Shown piece after piece: positions 28,119 to 48,160 of a stretch of DNA of 64,000 nt. Origin of the DNA: Eledone cirrhosa (Eukaryota); assembly GCA_964016885.1 (NCBI GenBank), contig OZ024747.1, positions 27,156,001-27,220,000 of the forward strand. The letters run 5' to 3'. A model generated the notes under the pieces. That model saw only the letters and a program-made list of their open reading frames with translations. It did no database searches and was not told where the DNA came from. A program made the position numbers and the translations under genes. Each line of letters begins with the position of its first letter. Position 1 is the stretch's first letter.

Positions 28119-28156
28119 AATATAAGATCAAAAGATGGTTAAAGGAGTTCAATATA

Positions 28157-28223
28157 TTTTATTATGCGCATTTCAAAAACAAACATCATCAAACAATAAT
28201 ATTTGTGTTTTCATCAGATAAAA
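28157..28223 (-). ncRNA. Type I hammerhead ribozyme (inverted copy)
   Basis: Reverse complement of 29096-29162. Confidence 0.8.
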
Positions 28224-29095
28224 CAGGAGAACATGATATGAAGGCTAAAAAAACACTTGTTGATAGTGCAGTTTTAAATCAACATATGAAAAGTGGTTTT
28301 AGATTGATGTGTGATATTGGGAAAAATATTTTATTTAGAGAGGGGGGGGGAGAGAAAAGGATGAAAAGGGAAGGAGATGAGAGGGAGAGATGGGTGATAG
28401 AGAGAAAGAGATAGTTTTTATAACAGAGAGGAGATATATTTTATATAGAGGGGTTGAAAACCGTTGGAAGATACTGTATAAATTAAAAATTTTGAAAATT
28501 AACGAAGGGAGGATATGTGCGAGGAAAAAATATATTATATTTAGGGAGGGGTGGGGGTGGAAAGGATGAAAAAAAGGGGAGGAGATGAGAGTGAAGGTGG
28601 AAAGGGAGAGATGGGTGATAGAGAGAAAGAGATAGTTTTTATAACTGAGAAAAAGATATAATGTTTTAATATAGAGAGGTTGGGAACCGTTGGAAGATAA
28701 TGTATAAATTAAAGGAATTTGAAAATTAACGAAGGGAAATTATGTATGGAGATAGAGAGAAAAAAATAACGAAGGGAGATTATGTATGGAGATAGAGAGA
28801 AAAAAAATAATAATTGTGGGTGAATATTCAAAAGGAGAAATGTAAGAATCTTAAAATTAGCAAAGAGAAAATGTTTATGTATAGGATTTGAGAAAAATAA
28901 TGTGAAGTTAAAGTTTTTATATTGAATTCATATGTATTAATAATGAGTTCCCTTTTCATCCTTTTCTCTCCCCCCCCTCTCTAAATAAAATATTTTTCCC
29001 AATATCACACATCAATCTAAAACCACTTTTCATATGTTGATTTAAAACTGCACTATCAACAAGTGTTTTTTTAGCCTTCATATCATGTTCTCCTG

Positions 29096-29162
29096 TTTTA
29101 TCTGATGAAAACACAAATATTATTGTTTGATGATGTTTGTTTTTGAAATGCGCATAATAAAA
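29096..29162 (+). ncRNA. Type I hammerhead ribozyme
   Basis: UUUUAU-CUGAUGA-AAACACAAAUAUUAU...AUGAUGUUUGUUUUU-GAA-AUGCGCAU-A-AUAAAA; palindromic stem III, AUA site. Confidence 0.8.
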
Positions 29163-29293
29163 TATATTGAACTCCTTTAACCATCTTTTGATCTTATATT
29201 ATGCATACTCCAGTCCCACAAACTGTAGAGTGCTTCTTATCCGATATCTGCATTGCTTTATTGTACTACAATAAAACTCACCTCCTACATATG

Positions 29294-29349
<56 letters not shown>

Positions 29350-29683
29350 TGTATATATATGTATATATATATGTATATATATGTATATATATATATGTCT
29401 GTATATATATGTATATATATATATGTCTGTATATATATGTATATATATATATGTCTGTATATATATGTATATATATATATGTCTATATATATATGTATAT
29501 ATATATATGTCTGTATATATATATGTATATATATATATGTCTGTATATATATATGTATATATATATATGTCTATATATATATGTATATATATATATGTCT
29601 ATATATATATGTATATATATATATGTCTATATATATATGTATATATATATATGTCTATATATATATGTATATATATATATGTC

Positions 29684-29750
<67 letters not shown>

Positions 29751-30106
29751 GTATATATATATGTATGTATATATATGTATATATATATGTATGTATATAT
29801 ATGTATATATATATGTATGTATATATGTATATATATATGTATATATATATGTATATATATGTATGTATATATATATGTATATATATGTATATATATGTAT
29901 GTATATATATGTATAGTTCGAATGTATATATATGTATGTATATATATGTATAGTTCGAATGTATATATATGTATGTATATATATGTATAGTTCGAATGTA
30001 TATATATGTATGTATATATATGTATAGTTCGAATGTATATATATATATGTATATATATGTATAGTTCGAATTTGTCTTCGTGTATATATATGTATATATA
30101 TATACA

Positions 30107-30963
30107 CGAAGACAAATTCGAACTGATCCACTTTGGAAAAGAGATGCTCTGAAACTCCCGTACTCCCTTCCCTCCGGGGAAACTCTCGTGGCATCTAACA
30201 ACATTAGAGACTTGGGAGTAACCGTGGACAGCAACATAAGCTGGGCCACGCATATAAGCAGCAAAGTTGACATGGCCCGCAGAATGTGTTCCTGGGTCCT
30301 TGGAACCTTCCAGTCGAGAGATTCCCACATCATTATCCTTCTCTTCTCTACTTTTGCCCGACCACACCTTGAATACTGTTGTCCACTGTGGTCTCCCCAC
30401 ACGAAACAAAGTATCATGAAACTTGAAGCTCCTCAAAGGGCAATCACGAAAAAGATAGATGGCATGTCAGACCTTGACTACTGGGGTCGACTAGAATAGC
30501 TGAAACTTTACTCACTCCAACGTCGCCGTGAGCGTTATATTATCTGCATGATGTGGAAAATGTTCCATCATCACTGCCCAAATGATGTTGGCATCGCCTT
30601 CAAGATACACCCAAGGCTTGGGCCCCGTGCTATCCGTCCCATACAGAAATCTAAATCGCAACTCATAACAACAATACGGCACAATTATTTCACCTCAATT
30701 GGCCCTGCTCTCTTCAACATCACACCAGGACACGTCAAAACAGAAACTGACCACACAAAATTCAAGAAGTCTTTGGACAAATTCCTCCAAGTAATTCCGG
30801 ACAAACCACCCACACCCGGATATGTCTCCGCAAACAGTAATTCTCTTCTCGAATGGGCCATGGTGCCCAAATCCTAAACTGAAAGACATCGCCAGGTGGT
30901 GCTATTAAGTTAGACATGGCCTGGGCCGATACTGGCCAAAACATTTCAAAGTTATTCAAAGTT
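30107..30963 (+). mobile_element. CR1-group LINE 3' fragment
   Basis: [39 protein letters not shown]; one stop; (TTCAAAGTTA)2 tail. Confidence 0.85.
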
Positions 30964-33243
<2,280 letters not shown>

Positions 33244-33275
<32 letters not shown>

Positions 33276-35291
33276 TTTACGTCCGCTTTTCCCTGCTTGC
33301 AAGGGTGGGACGGGTCTTATTCAGCACAGCATCTCTCCACTCGTCACGGTCCCTCGTCATCTCCACCGTGAGCTTCAATGATCTGAGGTCTGTTCTCACC
33401 ACCTCCGCCCATGTTTTTCGTGGTCTACCTCTACCACGTCTTCCTTCAACTGGCATTTCCTGGCACTTCTTCACCCATCGGTCATCCTCCATGCGCATCA
33501 CATGTCCATACCACCTCAGTCTCCTCTCCCGTACACTACATTCTATCCCTCTCAGACACAGTTTCTCTCTCAACACATTTATGCTGGGTCGTTCACGCAC
33601 ATTTACACTGCACATCCAACGGAGCATGCTTGCCTCATTTCTCTCCAGCCGTCGCATATCTTCTGCGGTAGCTGCCCATGTCTCACTACCATGCAGCATC
33701 GCGCTCCTCACACAGGCATCATACAACCGGCCTTTCGTACGCAGGGAGAAACCCTTCTTCGTCAACAGAGGAAGCAGCTCCCTAAACTTCTTCCAACCCG
33801 TCCTTATTCTAGATACTATGGCCTCGGAACACCCTCCTCCCATGCTAATCTGATCTCCTAGGTACCGGAAGCTATCCACCACTTCTATAGCGCCCTCTCG
33901 CATTTGAAAAATGTGTCTATCAGTGCGACTTCTACTGTCTAATTTCCCTGTACATCTACTGCATACATATTTCTCCCTACCTGTTAGTTTGCCTGCTATC
34001 CCGCTACATCTCTTGTGTACCCAGGACCTACATTGTGTGCATTTTATAGAATTTATGCCAGTTCCTTTTCTGCATATCGAACATGGCCATTTCCCTGACG
34101 GAATCAGGGTTTTGTCCTCTTTTCTACTCATCAACACTTTTGTCTTAGCTAGATTTACTCTCAGTCCTCTTGCTTCCAACTGCTGTTTCCATAGCCGGAA
34201 TTTATTCTCTAGCTCCTCTACTGATTCTGCCATAAGAGCCAGATCGTCAGCATAGAGAAGTTCCCATGGACAGCCAGTCTTAAACTCCTCTGTTATGGCT
34301 TGGAGGACTATAATGAACAAGAGCGGGCTGAGGACCGAACCCTGATGTACTCCTACTTGTATCTGGAATTCCTCACTAAACTCCATTCCTACCCTGACTT
34401 TACTGAGAGTACCTCTGTACAAAGTTTGCACTGTCCTTACAAGCCATTCCTCAACACCCAGCTTCCTTAGGGACCACCAGATGACAGATCGGGGTACCCT
34501 ATCAAAGGCCTTCTCTAGGTCAACAAAGGCTAAGTATAGTGGCTTATTCTTCTCTAAGAACCTCTCTTGCATTTGTCTCACCAAGAAGAGGGCATCTGTT
34601 GTACTCTTCCCAGGCACAAAACCAAACTGCATCTCATCTAGTTTGACCCTTTCTCTAATTAGTTGTGCTAGAATCCTTTCTGCCACTTTCATAACCTGAT
34701 CTATCAGTTTTATACCCCTATAATTGCTCCTCTCCAAAGCATCCCCTTTACCTTTGTAGCAATTTATGAGAATACTACTGCACCAGTCTTTGGGTATGAC
34801 ACCACCATATATAGCCTGATTGATTATGCGTGCAACCAGTTTAGTGCCTACGTCCCCTGATGCCTTCAGCATCTCAGCAACTATTCCCGATGGTCCGGCC
34901 GCCTTACCATTTTTCATTTCCCTAATCGCCTCTTGGACCCTATATTCGTCAATCTCAATAGCTGGTCCCTCTGTCGGATCTACCAAGGGTAATTTCTCTC
35001 TCTCCCATTCGTTCTCCACATTCATCAGTCTCTCATAATGACATTTCCAGGCCTCCTTTTTCTGGTCATTCGTGACACTAAGTACACCGGCATCATCCCG
35101 GACACATTTATCACCAACAACATCCTGATTTGCATTGACACACTGCCTTGCAATGTGGAACACCGCACGCCTCTGATCTTCCCGTCGCAGAACATTGGCA
35201 AACCTCCTACTCTCTGCCTCCCTGCGTGCTAAGTACACCTGACGTCTAGCTTCTCTCTTAGTGGCTGTATATTCTTCCCTACTCCCACCCT
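33244..35291 (-). mobile_element. RTE LINE family B, 5'-truncated, young
   Basis: Uninterrupted RT frame; stop codon runs straight into a (GAT)n tail. Confidence 0.95.
33277..35238 (-). CDS. RTE reverse transcriptase with internal PHD-like finger (N-truncated, no endonuclease)
   Basis: 653 aa; [37 protein letters not shown]4HC3 finger, FRYLG. Confidence 0.9.
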   Translation of the reverse strand: MYLARREAESRRFANVLRREDQRRAVFHIARQCVNANQDVVGDKCVRDDAGVLSVTNDQKKEAWKCHYERLMNVENEWEREKLPLVDPTEGPAIEIDEYRVQEAIREMKNGKAAGPSGIVAEMLKASGDVGTKLVARIINQAIYGGVIPKDWCSSILINCYKGKGDALERSNYRGIKLIDQVMKVAERILAQLIRERVKLDEMQFGFVPGKSTTDALFLVRQMQERFLEKNKPLYLAFVDLEKAFDRVPRSVIWWSLRKLGVEEWLVRTVQTLYRGTLSKVRVGMEFSEEFQIQVGVHQGSVLSPLLFIIVLQAITEEFKTGCPWELLYADDLALMAESVEELENKFRLWKQQLEARGLRVNLAKTKVLMSRKEDKTLIPSGKWPCSICRKGTGINSIKCTQCRSWVHKRCSGIAGKLTGREKYVCSRCTGKLDSRSRTDRHIFQMREGAIEVVDSFRYLGDQISMGGGCSEAIVSRIRTGWKKFRELLPLLTKKGFSLRTKGRLYDACVRSAMLHGSETWAATAEDMRRLERNEASMLRWMCSVNVRERPSINVLREKLCLRGIECSVRERRLRWYGHVMRMEDDRWVKKCQEMPVEGRRGRGRPRKTWAEVVRTDLRSLKLTVEMTRDRDEWRDAVLNKTRPTLASREKRT

Positions 35292-35675
35292 TATATGTGT
35301 GTATATATATATATGTATATATATATATGTATATATGTGTATATATATATATGTATATATATATATGTATATATATATATGTATATATATATATGTATAT
35401 ATATATATGTATATATATATATGTATATATATATATGTATATATATATATGTATATATATATATGTATATATATATATGTATATATATATATGTATATAT
35501 ATATATGTATATATATATATGTATATATATATATGTATATATATATGTGTATATATGTATATATATATATGTATATATATATATGTATATATATATATGT
35601 ATATATATATGTGTATATATATATGTGTATATATATATGTGTATATATATATGTGTATATATATATATGTGTATG

Positions 35676-35738
<63 letters not shown>

Positions 35739-35781
35739 GTATATATATATATGTATATATATATATGTATATATATATATG

Positions 35782-35833
<52 letters not shown>

Positions 35834-35841
35834 TATGTATG

Positions 35842-37871
35842 AGATTACACCGACACCGAGATTGCACTCAAGCTTTCACATGAGAATGAGAGGGCAAGGA
35901 AAGAGAACAGGGCCATAGAAAACATTAAAACAAACCCTAAGGCCTTCTTTAAATTTGCAAAAGAAACTGCCTCAGTACACTGCAAGATTGGACCACTCTT
36001 CCACACGGACGGTTCATTAACCGAAAATCCCCAAGAGATATGTGAAATACTGAACGAACAGTACAAAAGTGTCTTCACATGTCCACTGAGGCACATGCAA
36101 ATAACGAAGCCAGAGGAGTTCTTTGATGCCACAACACTACATCAGGAAATGGCAACCATCAACCACATAGACATAACGGAAGAGGATGTGGTGTACGCCA
36201 TTGATGAAATTAGAACAGACTCGGCTGCTGGACCTGATGGATTCCCAGCAGTTCTCCTAAAAATATGTAAGCGGGCCTTAGCAACTCCACTGAAGATGCT
36301 CTTCAGAAGCTCCTTGGCTAGCGGTGTACTACCCAGGGAGCTGAAAGAAGGCACAATATGCCCTATCCATAAAGGAGGTAGTAGAGCGGAGGCCAAGAAC
36401 TATAGGCCAGTCTCCCTGACGTCGCATATCAGTAAGGTCATGGAGCGAGTCGTCAGAAAGAAACTAATCACTTTCCTCGAAGAAAATGACCGTCTGACTA
36501 GCACGCAACATGGCTTCCGCCCAGGAAGAAGCTGCCTTACACAGCTGCTACATCACTACGACTGGGTACTGAGACAACTACTAGACAGCTCACATGTAGA
36601 CGTGATATATCTTGACTTTGCGAAGGCCTTTGACAAGGTCGACCACGGAATGATATGTCACAAACTACACGGACTCGGCATAACTGGAAAAGTAGGTGAG
36701 TGGCTGCATGGCTTCCTGAGGGACAGAAGCCAGGCAGTCGCAGCAAATGGGGCCCTCTCGAGGGAAACACCGATAACAAGTGGGGTGCCTCAGGGGACAG
36801 TCCTGGGACCACTACTGTTTTTGGTGGCTCTCTCGGACATGCCCTCTGTGGTGCATGCAACAACATCCCTCACTAGCTATGCTGATGACACTAAGGTAGG
36901 ACAGGCAATCAAAAACCCGGCTGACGCTGCCCTCTTACAGCAGGATCTGGATGCCATATACAGATGGGCGGAAGAAAACAACATGCAGTTTAATGCTGGC
37001 AAATTCCAAGCCCTACAATACAAACCTGCAAACACAAACACAAATATAGCGGAACACAACTACACAGGACCAGGAGGGACCGATATCCCCGTGTCAAAAT
37101 CCATACGAGACCTGGGCATAGACATGAGCGATGATGCATCTTTTTCTTCACACATCATGAAGGTGGCGACAGCATGTAGACGATTCGCTGGCTGGATCTT
37201 GAGGACTTTCCTTACAAGAGATCGAGACACCATGTTGACACTGTGGAGGACTTTTGTCCTAAGCCGCCTGGACTACTGCTCCCAGCTATGGTCACCCCAT
37301 AGTGTCAAACTAACCACGGAGCTTGAGGCAATCCAGCGAAGCTACACCAAGAGGATTGCCAAGATGAGGGAGACAAGCTACTGGGAGAGGCTGAAGGAAC
37401 TGAGCCTCTACTCCTTGGAGCGAAGACGGGAGAGATATGCAGTGATCTACATGTGGAAAATCCTGGAGGGACTGGCACCAAACTTTGGCATTGGGAGCTG
37501 GACCAACCGTCGAACAGGACGTCACTGTGTGGTGCCAAAGGTCCCGTCTTCCACATCTAGAATAAGGAGCAGGTATTGCAATAGCCTGGGATTCAAGACC
37601 CCTCAACTCTTCAACAGGCTGCCGAGGCATCTGCGAGACTTGCATGACGTGGAGGTGGATGTCTTTAAGAAACATCTCGACACCTTGTTATCCAGGATCC
37701 CGGATGAGCCCACAGCAAGACACGAGGGAAACCTAAGGGCAGCAGCAACAAACTCCCTCCTACACCAGTGGCCAACCTATACAGGCTGCCGATAAAATGT
37801 GTAGCAACAAGGGCGGTGCCCCAGCATGGCCTCAGCCGGATGGCTGAAACAGGTAAAAGAGTATAAGAGTA
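35842..37871 (+). mobile_element. CR1-group LINE, 5'-truncated, young
   Basis: Open frame from ~35843 (IKTNPKAFFKFAK) to 37795; short 3' UTR with stem-loop and (AAGAGTAT)2 tail. Confidence 0.92.
36095..37795 (+). CDS. CR1-group LINE reverse transcriptase (N-truncated)
   Basis: [53 protein letters not shown]. Confidence 0.9.
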   Translation: MQITKPEEFFDATTLHQEMATINHIDITEEDVVYAIDEIRTDSAAGPDGFPAVLLKICKRALATPLKMLFRSSLASGVLPRELKEGTICPIHKGGSRAEAKNYRPVSLTSHISKVMERVVRKKLITFLEENDRLTSTQHGFRPGRSCLTQLLHHYDWVLRQLLDSSHVDVIYLDFAKAFDKVDHGMICHKLHGLGITGKVGEWLHGFLRDRSQAVAANGALSRETPITSGVPQGTVLGPLLFLVALSDMPSVVHATTSLTSYADDTKVGQAIKNPADAALLQQDLDAIYRWAEENNMQFNAGKFQALQYKPANTNTNIAEHNYTGPGGTDIPVSKSIRDLGIDMSDDASFSSHIMKVATACRRFAGWILRTFLTRDRDTMLTLWRTFVLSRLDYCSQLWSPHSVKLTTELEAIQRSYTKRIAKMRETSYWERLKELSLYSLERRRERYAVIYMWKILEGLAPNFGIGSWTNRRTGRHCVVPKVPSSTSRIRSRYCNSLGFKTPQLFNRLPRHLRDLHDVEVDVFKKHLDTLLSRIPDEPTARHEGNLRAAATNSLLHQWPTYTGCR

Positions 37872-41645
<3,774 letters not shown>

Positions 41646-42283
41646 GTGTCAGGTCACCAGTTGGTGCTGCTGGTAACATGTATCCCAGTACAACCTGTCT
41701 CATGGTCGGGTCGTTGGCGACTAAACTGGCAACCCCACCAAGGTTTCTTGGTGAGGAGGGTGATTTTGGACATCCTGCAGGACTAAAAACAAAACCTGTC
41801 AAAGGGCTAAGGAGCTCTTAAGAGTCAATGGCCATCCAAAATCACCGGGAGAGATGACCCCTTAGCCTTTGTCAAGGCAGAATTCTAGGAGAAGGAAAAC
41901 TCTGATATAACACCTGCAACCCTGATGGTATCCAATGATGTTGACTTGTTCTTCTTTTTGGTAAATATCATCTTGGTTAAGAGAGTGGGACTGGCTTTGT
42001 GCAGTGCCTTTGCTCACTATAAAAGCTTCACGGCACAGGCATTGCTTTATATCTGGAGATCTCTCTGCACTTGTCCTCACATGGGCCCAGCACTATGTGT
42101 CAATGGTTGTCCTACCATGGGCCCAGCACTATGTGTCAATGGTTGTCACAGGTGTAGTGTTTGTACCAGAGGTTTCAAGTCGCTGGCTGGACTAAAAAGT
42201 CACACTCGTTCAGCGCATCGGTAGGGGTTCTCCTACATGGATATAAAGTAGTGGCCGTACTCGAAAACGAGTTGGCAGCCACC
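41646..42283 (+). mobile_element. Short internally deleted RTE-derived element, longest copy (5' UTR plus ORF C-terminal zinc finger and 3' hairpin)
   Basis: RTE-type 5'-UTR motif CTAGGAGAAGGAAAACTCTG; 3' part encodes [22 protein letters not shown]; terminal hairpin ACTCG-AAAA-CGAGT. Confidence 0.75.
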
Positions 42284-42292
42284 ATATATATG

Positions 42293-42323
<31 letters not shown>

Positions 42324-42596
42324 GTATATATATATATATGTATATATATGTATGTATATATATATATGTATGTATATATATGTATATATATATATGTATG
42401 TATATATATGTATATATATATATGTATATATATATATGTATGTATATATATGTATATGTATATATGTATGTATATATATGTATATGTATATATATATATG
42501 TATATATGTATATATATATGTATATATGTATATATATATGTATATATATGTATATATATATATGTATGTATATATATGTATATATATATATGGATG

Positions 42597-42627
<31 letters not shown>

Positions 42628-42717
42628 GTATGTATATATATGTATATATATATATGTATATGTATATATATATATATGTATATGTATATATATATATATG
42701 TATATGTATATATGTAT

Positions 42718-42917
42718 NNNNNNNNNNNNNNNNNNNNNNNNNNNNNNNNNNNNNNNNNNNNNNNNNNNNNNNNNNNNNNNNNNNNNNNNNNNNNNNNNNN
42801 NNNNNNNNNNNNNNNNNNNNNNNNNNNNNNNNNNNNNNNNNNNNNNNNNNNNNNNNNNNNNNNNNNNNNNNNNNNNNNNNNNNNNNNNNNNNNNNNNNNN
42901 NNNNNNNNNNNNNNNNN
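42718..42917. other. Assembly gap (200 N)
   Basis: Run of N. Confidence 1.
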
Positions 42918-43158
42918 TATATAATATATATATATCATATATATATATAATATATATATATCATATATATATATAATATATATATATCATATATATATAT
43001 AATATATATATATCATATATATATATAATATATATATATCATATATATATATAATATATATATATGATATATATATATGATATATATATATGATATATAT
43101 ATATGATATATATATATGATATATATATATAATATATATATATGATATATATATAAAG

Positions 43159-43190
<32 letters not shown>

Positions 43191-43206
43191 TATTATATAT
43201 ATATAT

Positions 43207-43545
43207 GGAGGCACATGGCTTAGTGGTTAGAGCATTGGTCTTGCAATCGAAAGGTTGTGCGTTCAATTCTCAGACCGGGTGATGTGTTGTTTCCTTGAGC
43301 AAGACACTTTATTTTACATTGCTCCAGTTTACTCAGCTGTAGAAATGAGATAATAGGGACTGGGGTCCCTATCATTCCACTCTAAAGTGGTCGTGGAGGT
43401 GCCACGACAAAAAAGCACCCAGCACTCACTGTAAATGAGGTTGGTGTTAGGAAGGGTATCCAGCTGTAGAAATCAAGCCAGAATCAGTTCCCGTCCCACC
43501 CTTGCAAGCAGGGAAAAGTGGACGTAAAATGAAATGAAATGAAAA
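43207..43545 (+). mobile_element. tRNA-derived SINE with RTE family B tail
   Basis: A box TGGCTTAGTGG, B box GTTCAATTC; body gttggtgttaggaagggtatccagc; tail cgtcccacccttgcaagcagggaaaag identical to the family B 3' end; (AAATG)n. Confidence 0.85.
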
Positions 43546-43594
43546 ATATATATGATATATATATATATATATATATATATCATATATATATCAT

Positions 43595-43965
43595 ATCATC
43601 ATCGTTTAACGTCCATCTTCCACGCTTGCATGGGTTTGGACGGGAGTTTTCCCACCTGAAGCAAGATTGGTTGTCCTGCTCTTATAGGACTGTCTAGCGG
43701 GTTTTCTACGGCTGGATGCCCTTCCTAACACCAACCACATTCACAGTGTGGACTGGGAGGTTTTTACCATGTCACCTACACGGCCACATTACAGGGTGGA
43801 CTGTGTGTTTTTTTTTTCGTGACACCTACACGACCTCATTTATTTTGGACTGCATGTTGTGTTACCAACATAACTTCACGTGTAGTGGGGGGGGGGTGTA
43901 TTTTGTTAGAGGTGCCTACTGACTTTAGCTTTCGCTTTGTACTTAGGCAAGGCGGGTCTTCTGTA
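43595..43965 (-). mobile_element. RTE family A 3' UTR fragment
   Basis: Reverse complement resembles 17090-17486. Confidence 0.85.
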
Positions 43966-43987
43966 TATGATATATATATATATATAT

Positions 43988-44083
43988 CATCATCATCATC
44001 ATCATCGTTTAACGTCCATCTTCCACGCTTGCATGGGTTTGGACGGGAGTTTTCCCACTTGAGGCAAGAGTGGTTGTCTTGCT
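43988..44083 (-). mobile_element. RTE family A extreme 3' fragment
   Basis: (CAT)n-cgtttaacgtcc...gaggcaagagtggttgtcttgc. Confidence 0.85.
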
Positions 44084-44133
44084 AGCATATATATATATAT
44101 ATATATATATATCATTTATATATATATATATAT

Positions 44134-44164
<31 letters not shown>

Positions 44165-44377
44165 CATACATATATATATATATCATACATATATATATAT
44201 ATATCATATATATATATATATATATATGTATGTATATATATATATGTATGTATATATATATATATATGTATGTATATATATATATGTATGTATATATATA
44301 TATGTATGTATGTATGTATATATATATATATATGTATGTATATATATATATGTATGTATATATATATATGTATGTAT

Positions 44378-44411
<34 letters not shown>

Positions 44412-44504
44412 GTATATATATATATGTATATATATATATATGTATGTATATATATATATGTATGTATATATATATATATATGTATGTATATATATATATG
44501 TATG

Positions 44505-44555
<51 letters not shown>

Positions 44556-44621
44556 GTATATATATATATGTATGTATATATGTATGTATATATATATGTA
44601 TGTATATATATATGTATGTAT

Positions 44622-45072
44622 AAGGGCAAAGGAGTTCTTAAGAGTCAATGGCCATCCAAAATCACCGGGAGAGATGAACCCTTAGCCTTTGTCAAGGCAG
44701 AATTCTAGGAGAAGGAAAACTCTGATATAACACCTGCAACCCTGATGGTATCCAATGATGTTGACTTGTTCTTCATTTTGGTAAATATCATCTTGGTTAA
44801 GAGAGTGGGACTGGCTTTGTGCAGTGCCTTTGCTCACTATAAAAGCTTCACGGCACAGGCATTGCTTTATATCTGGAGATCTCTCTGCACTTGTCGTCAC
44901 ATGGTACCATGGGCCCTGCACTGTGTCAATAATTGTCACAGGTGTAGTGTTTGTACCAGAGTTTTCAAGTCGCTGGCTGGACTAAAAGTCACACTCGTTC
45001 AGCGCATCGGTAGGGGTTCTCCTACATGGATATAAAGTAGTGGCCGTACTCGAAAGCGAGTTGGCAGCCACC
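44622..45072 (+). mobile_element. RTE-derived short element, 5'-truncated copy
   Basis: Near-identical to ~41802-42283. Confidence 0.85.
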
Positions 45073-45269
45073 ATGTATATATATATATATATGTATGTAT
45101 ATATATATGTATGTATATATATATATGTATGTATATATGTATATATATATATGTATGTATATATGTATGTATATATATATGTATGTATATATGTATATAT
45201 ATATATATGTATATATATATGTATGTATATATATATATATGTATGTATATATATATATATATATGTATG

Positions 45270-45318
<49 letters not shown>

Positions 45319-45339
45319 GTATGTATGGATATATGTATG

Positions 45340-45388
<49 letters not shown>

Positions 45389-45425
45389 GTATGTATGTAT
45401 ATATGTACGTATGTATATATGTATG

Positions 45426-45458
<33 letters not shown>

Positions 45459-45508
45459 GCATATATATGTATATATATATATGTATATATATGTATATAT
45501 ATATATGG

Positions 45509-45539
<31 letters not shown>

Positions 45540-45568
45540 GTATATATATATATGTATATATATATATG

Positions 45569-45645
<77 letters not shown>

Positions 45646-45646
45646 G

Positions 45647-45737
<91 letters not shown>

Positions 45738-45750
45738 GTATATATATATG

Positions 45751-45849
<99 letters not shown>

Positions 45850-45896
45850 GTATATATGTATATATATGTATATATATGTATATATGTATATATATG

Positions 45897-45931
<35 letters not shown>

Positions 45932-45956
45932 GTATATATATATGTATATATATATG

Positions 45957-46053
<97 letters not shown>

Positions 46054-46054
46054 G

Positions 46055-46101
<47 letters not shown>

Positions 46102-46138
46102 GTATATATATGTATATATGTATATATGTATATATATG

Positions 46139-46171
<33 letters not shown>

Positions 46172-46358
46172 GTATATATATGTATATATGTATATATGTA
46201 TATATATATATGTATATATATATATACATATGTATATATATATATGTATATATATATGTATATATATATGTATATATGTATGTATATATATATATATGTA
46301 TATATGTATGTATATATATATATGTATATATGTATGTATATATATGTATATATGTATG

Positions 46359-46389
<31 letters not shown>

Positions 46390-46424
46390 GTATATATGTA
46401 TGTATATATATATGTATATATGTA

Positions 46425-46460
<36 letters not shown>

Positions 46461-46514
46461 TATATATATATATGTATATATGTATGTATATATATATATA
46501 TGTATATATGTATG

Positions 46515-46545
<31 letters not shown>

Positions 46546-46684
46546 GTATATATATATGTATATATATATATATGTATATATGTATGTATATATATATATA
46601 TGTATATATATATATGTATATATGTATGTATATATATATATATGTATATATGTATGTATATATATATATATGTATATATGTATG

Positions 46685-46715
<31 letters not shown>

Positions 46716-46931
46716 GTATATATGTATGTATATATATATATATGTATATATGTATGTATATATGTATGTATATATATATATATGTATATATGTATGTATG
46801 TATATATATATATGTATATATATATATGTATGATATATATATATGTATATATGTATGTATATATATATATGTATATATGTATATATATATATATGTATGT
46901 ATATATATATATATGTATATATGTATGTATG

Positions 46932-46962
<31 letters not shown>

Positions 46963-47207
46963 ATATATATATATGTATGTATATATATATATATGTATAT
47001 ATGTATGTATATATATATATATGTATGTATATATATATATATGTATATATGTATATATATATGTATATATGTATGTATATATATATATATGTATATATGT
47101 ATATATATATGTATATATGTATGTATATATGTATGTATATATATATGTATATATGTATATATATATGTATATATGTATATATATATATATGTATATATGT
47201 ATGTATG

Positions 47208-47242
<35 letters not shown>

Positions 47243-47311
47243 GTATATATATATGTATGTATATATATATGTATATATATATGTATGTATATATATATGT
47301 ATATATATATG

Positions 47312-47355
<44 letters not shown>

Positions 47356-47407
47356 AATATATATGTATATATATATGTATATATATATATATGTATATAT
47401 ATATATG

Positions 47408-47438
<31 letters not shown>

Positions 47439-47439
47439 G

Positions 47440-47492
<53 letters not shown>

Positions 47493-47589
47493 GTATGTAT
47501 ATATATATGTATATATATATGTATATATATGTATGTATGTATATATATATGTATATATATATGTATATATATGTATGTATATATATATG

Positions 47590-47626
<37 letters not shown>

Positions 47627-47653
47627 ATATATATATATGTGTATATATATATG

Positions 47654-47684
<31 letters not shown>

Positions 47685-47806
47685 GTATATATATGTATGT
47701 ATGTATATATATATATGTATGTATATATATATGTATGTATATATATATGTATGTATATATATATGTATGTATATATGTATGTATGTATGTATATATATAT
47801 GTATGT

Positions 47807-47840
<34 letters not shown>

Positions 47841-47895
47841 GTATATATATATATGTATGTATATATATATATGTATGTATATATATATATGTATG

Positions 47896-47948
<53 letters not shown>

Positions 47949-48003
47949 GTATATATATATAATATATGTATATATATAATATATGTATATATATATATGT
48001 ATG

Positions 48004-48036
<33 letters not shown>

Positions 48037-48095
48037 GTATGTATATATATATATGTATGTATATATATATATGTATGTATATATATATATGTATG

Positions 48096-48126
<31 letters not shown>

Positions 48127-48160
48127 GTATATATATATAATATATGTATATATATATATA
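45073..48160. repeat. (TA)nTG compound microsatellite
   Basis: Direct inspection. Confidence 0.98.

Larger units (their letters stand above)
28119..29290. mobile_element. ORF-less PLE-like insertion made of two inverted terminal-repeat copies
   Basis: 28119-28372 is the reverse complement of 28948-29200; each arm holds a hammerhead; microsatellite flanks. Confidence 0.75.

Noticed and set aside
33411-37675. Short antisense ORFs overlapping the LINE RTs
   Set aside because: Shadow frames of the retroelement coding strand
41925-42224. Small host C2H2 zinc-finger gene
   Set aside because: Part of a dispersed repeat; the frame is not preserved in the other copies
43207-43280. tRNA gene (also 3903, 10544, 53470)
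   Set aside because: A and B boxes are present but there is no complete cloverleaf; each runs into a SINE body and tail
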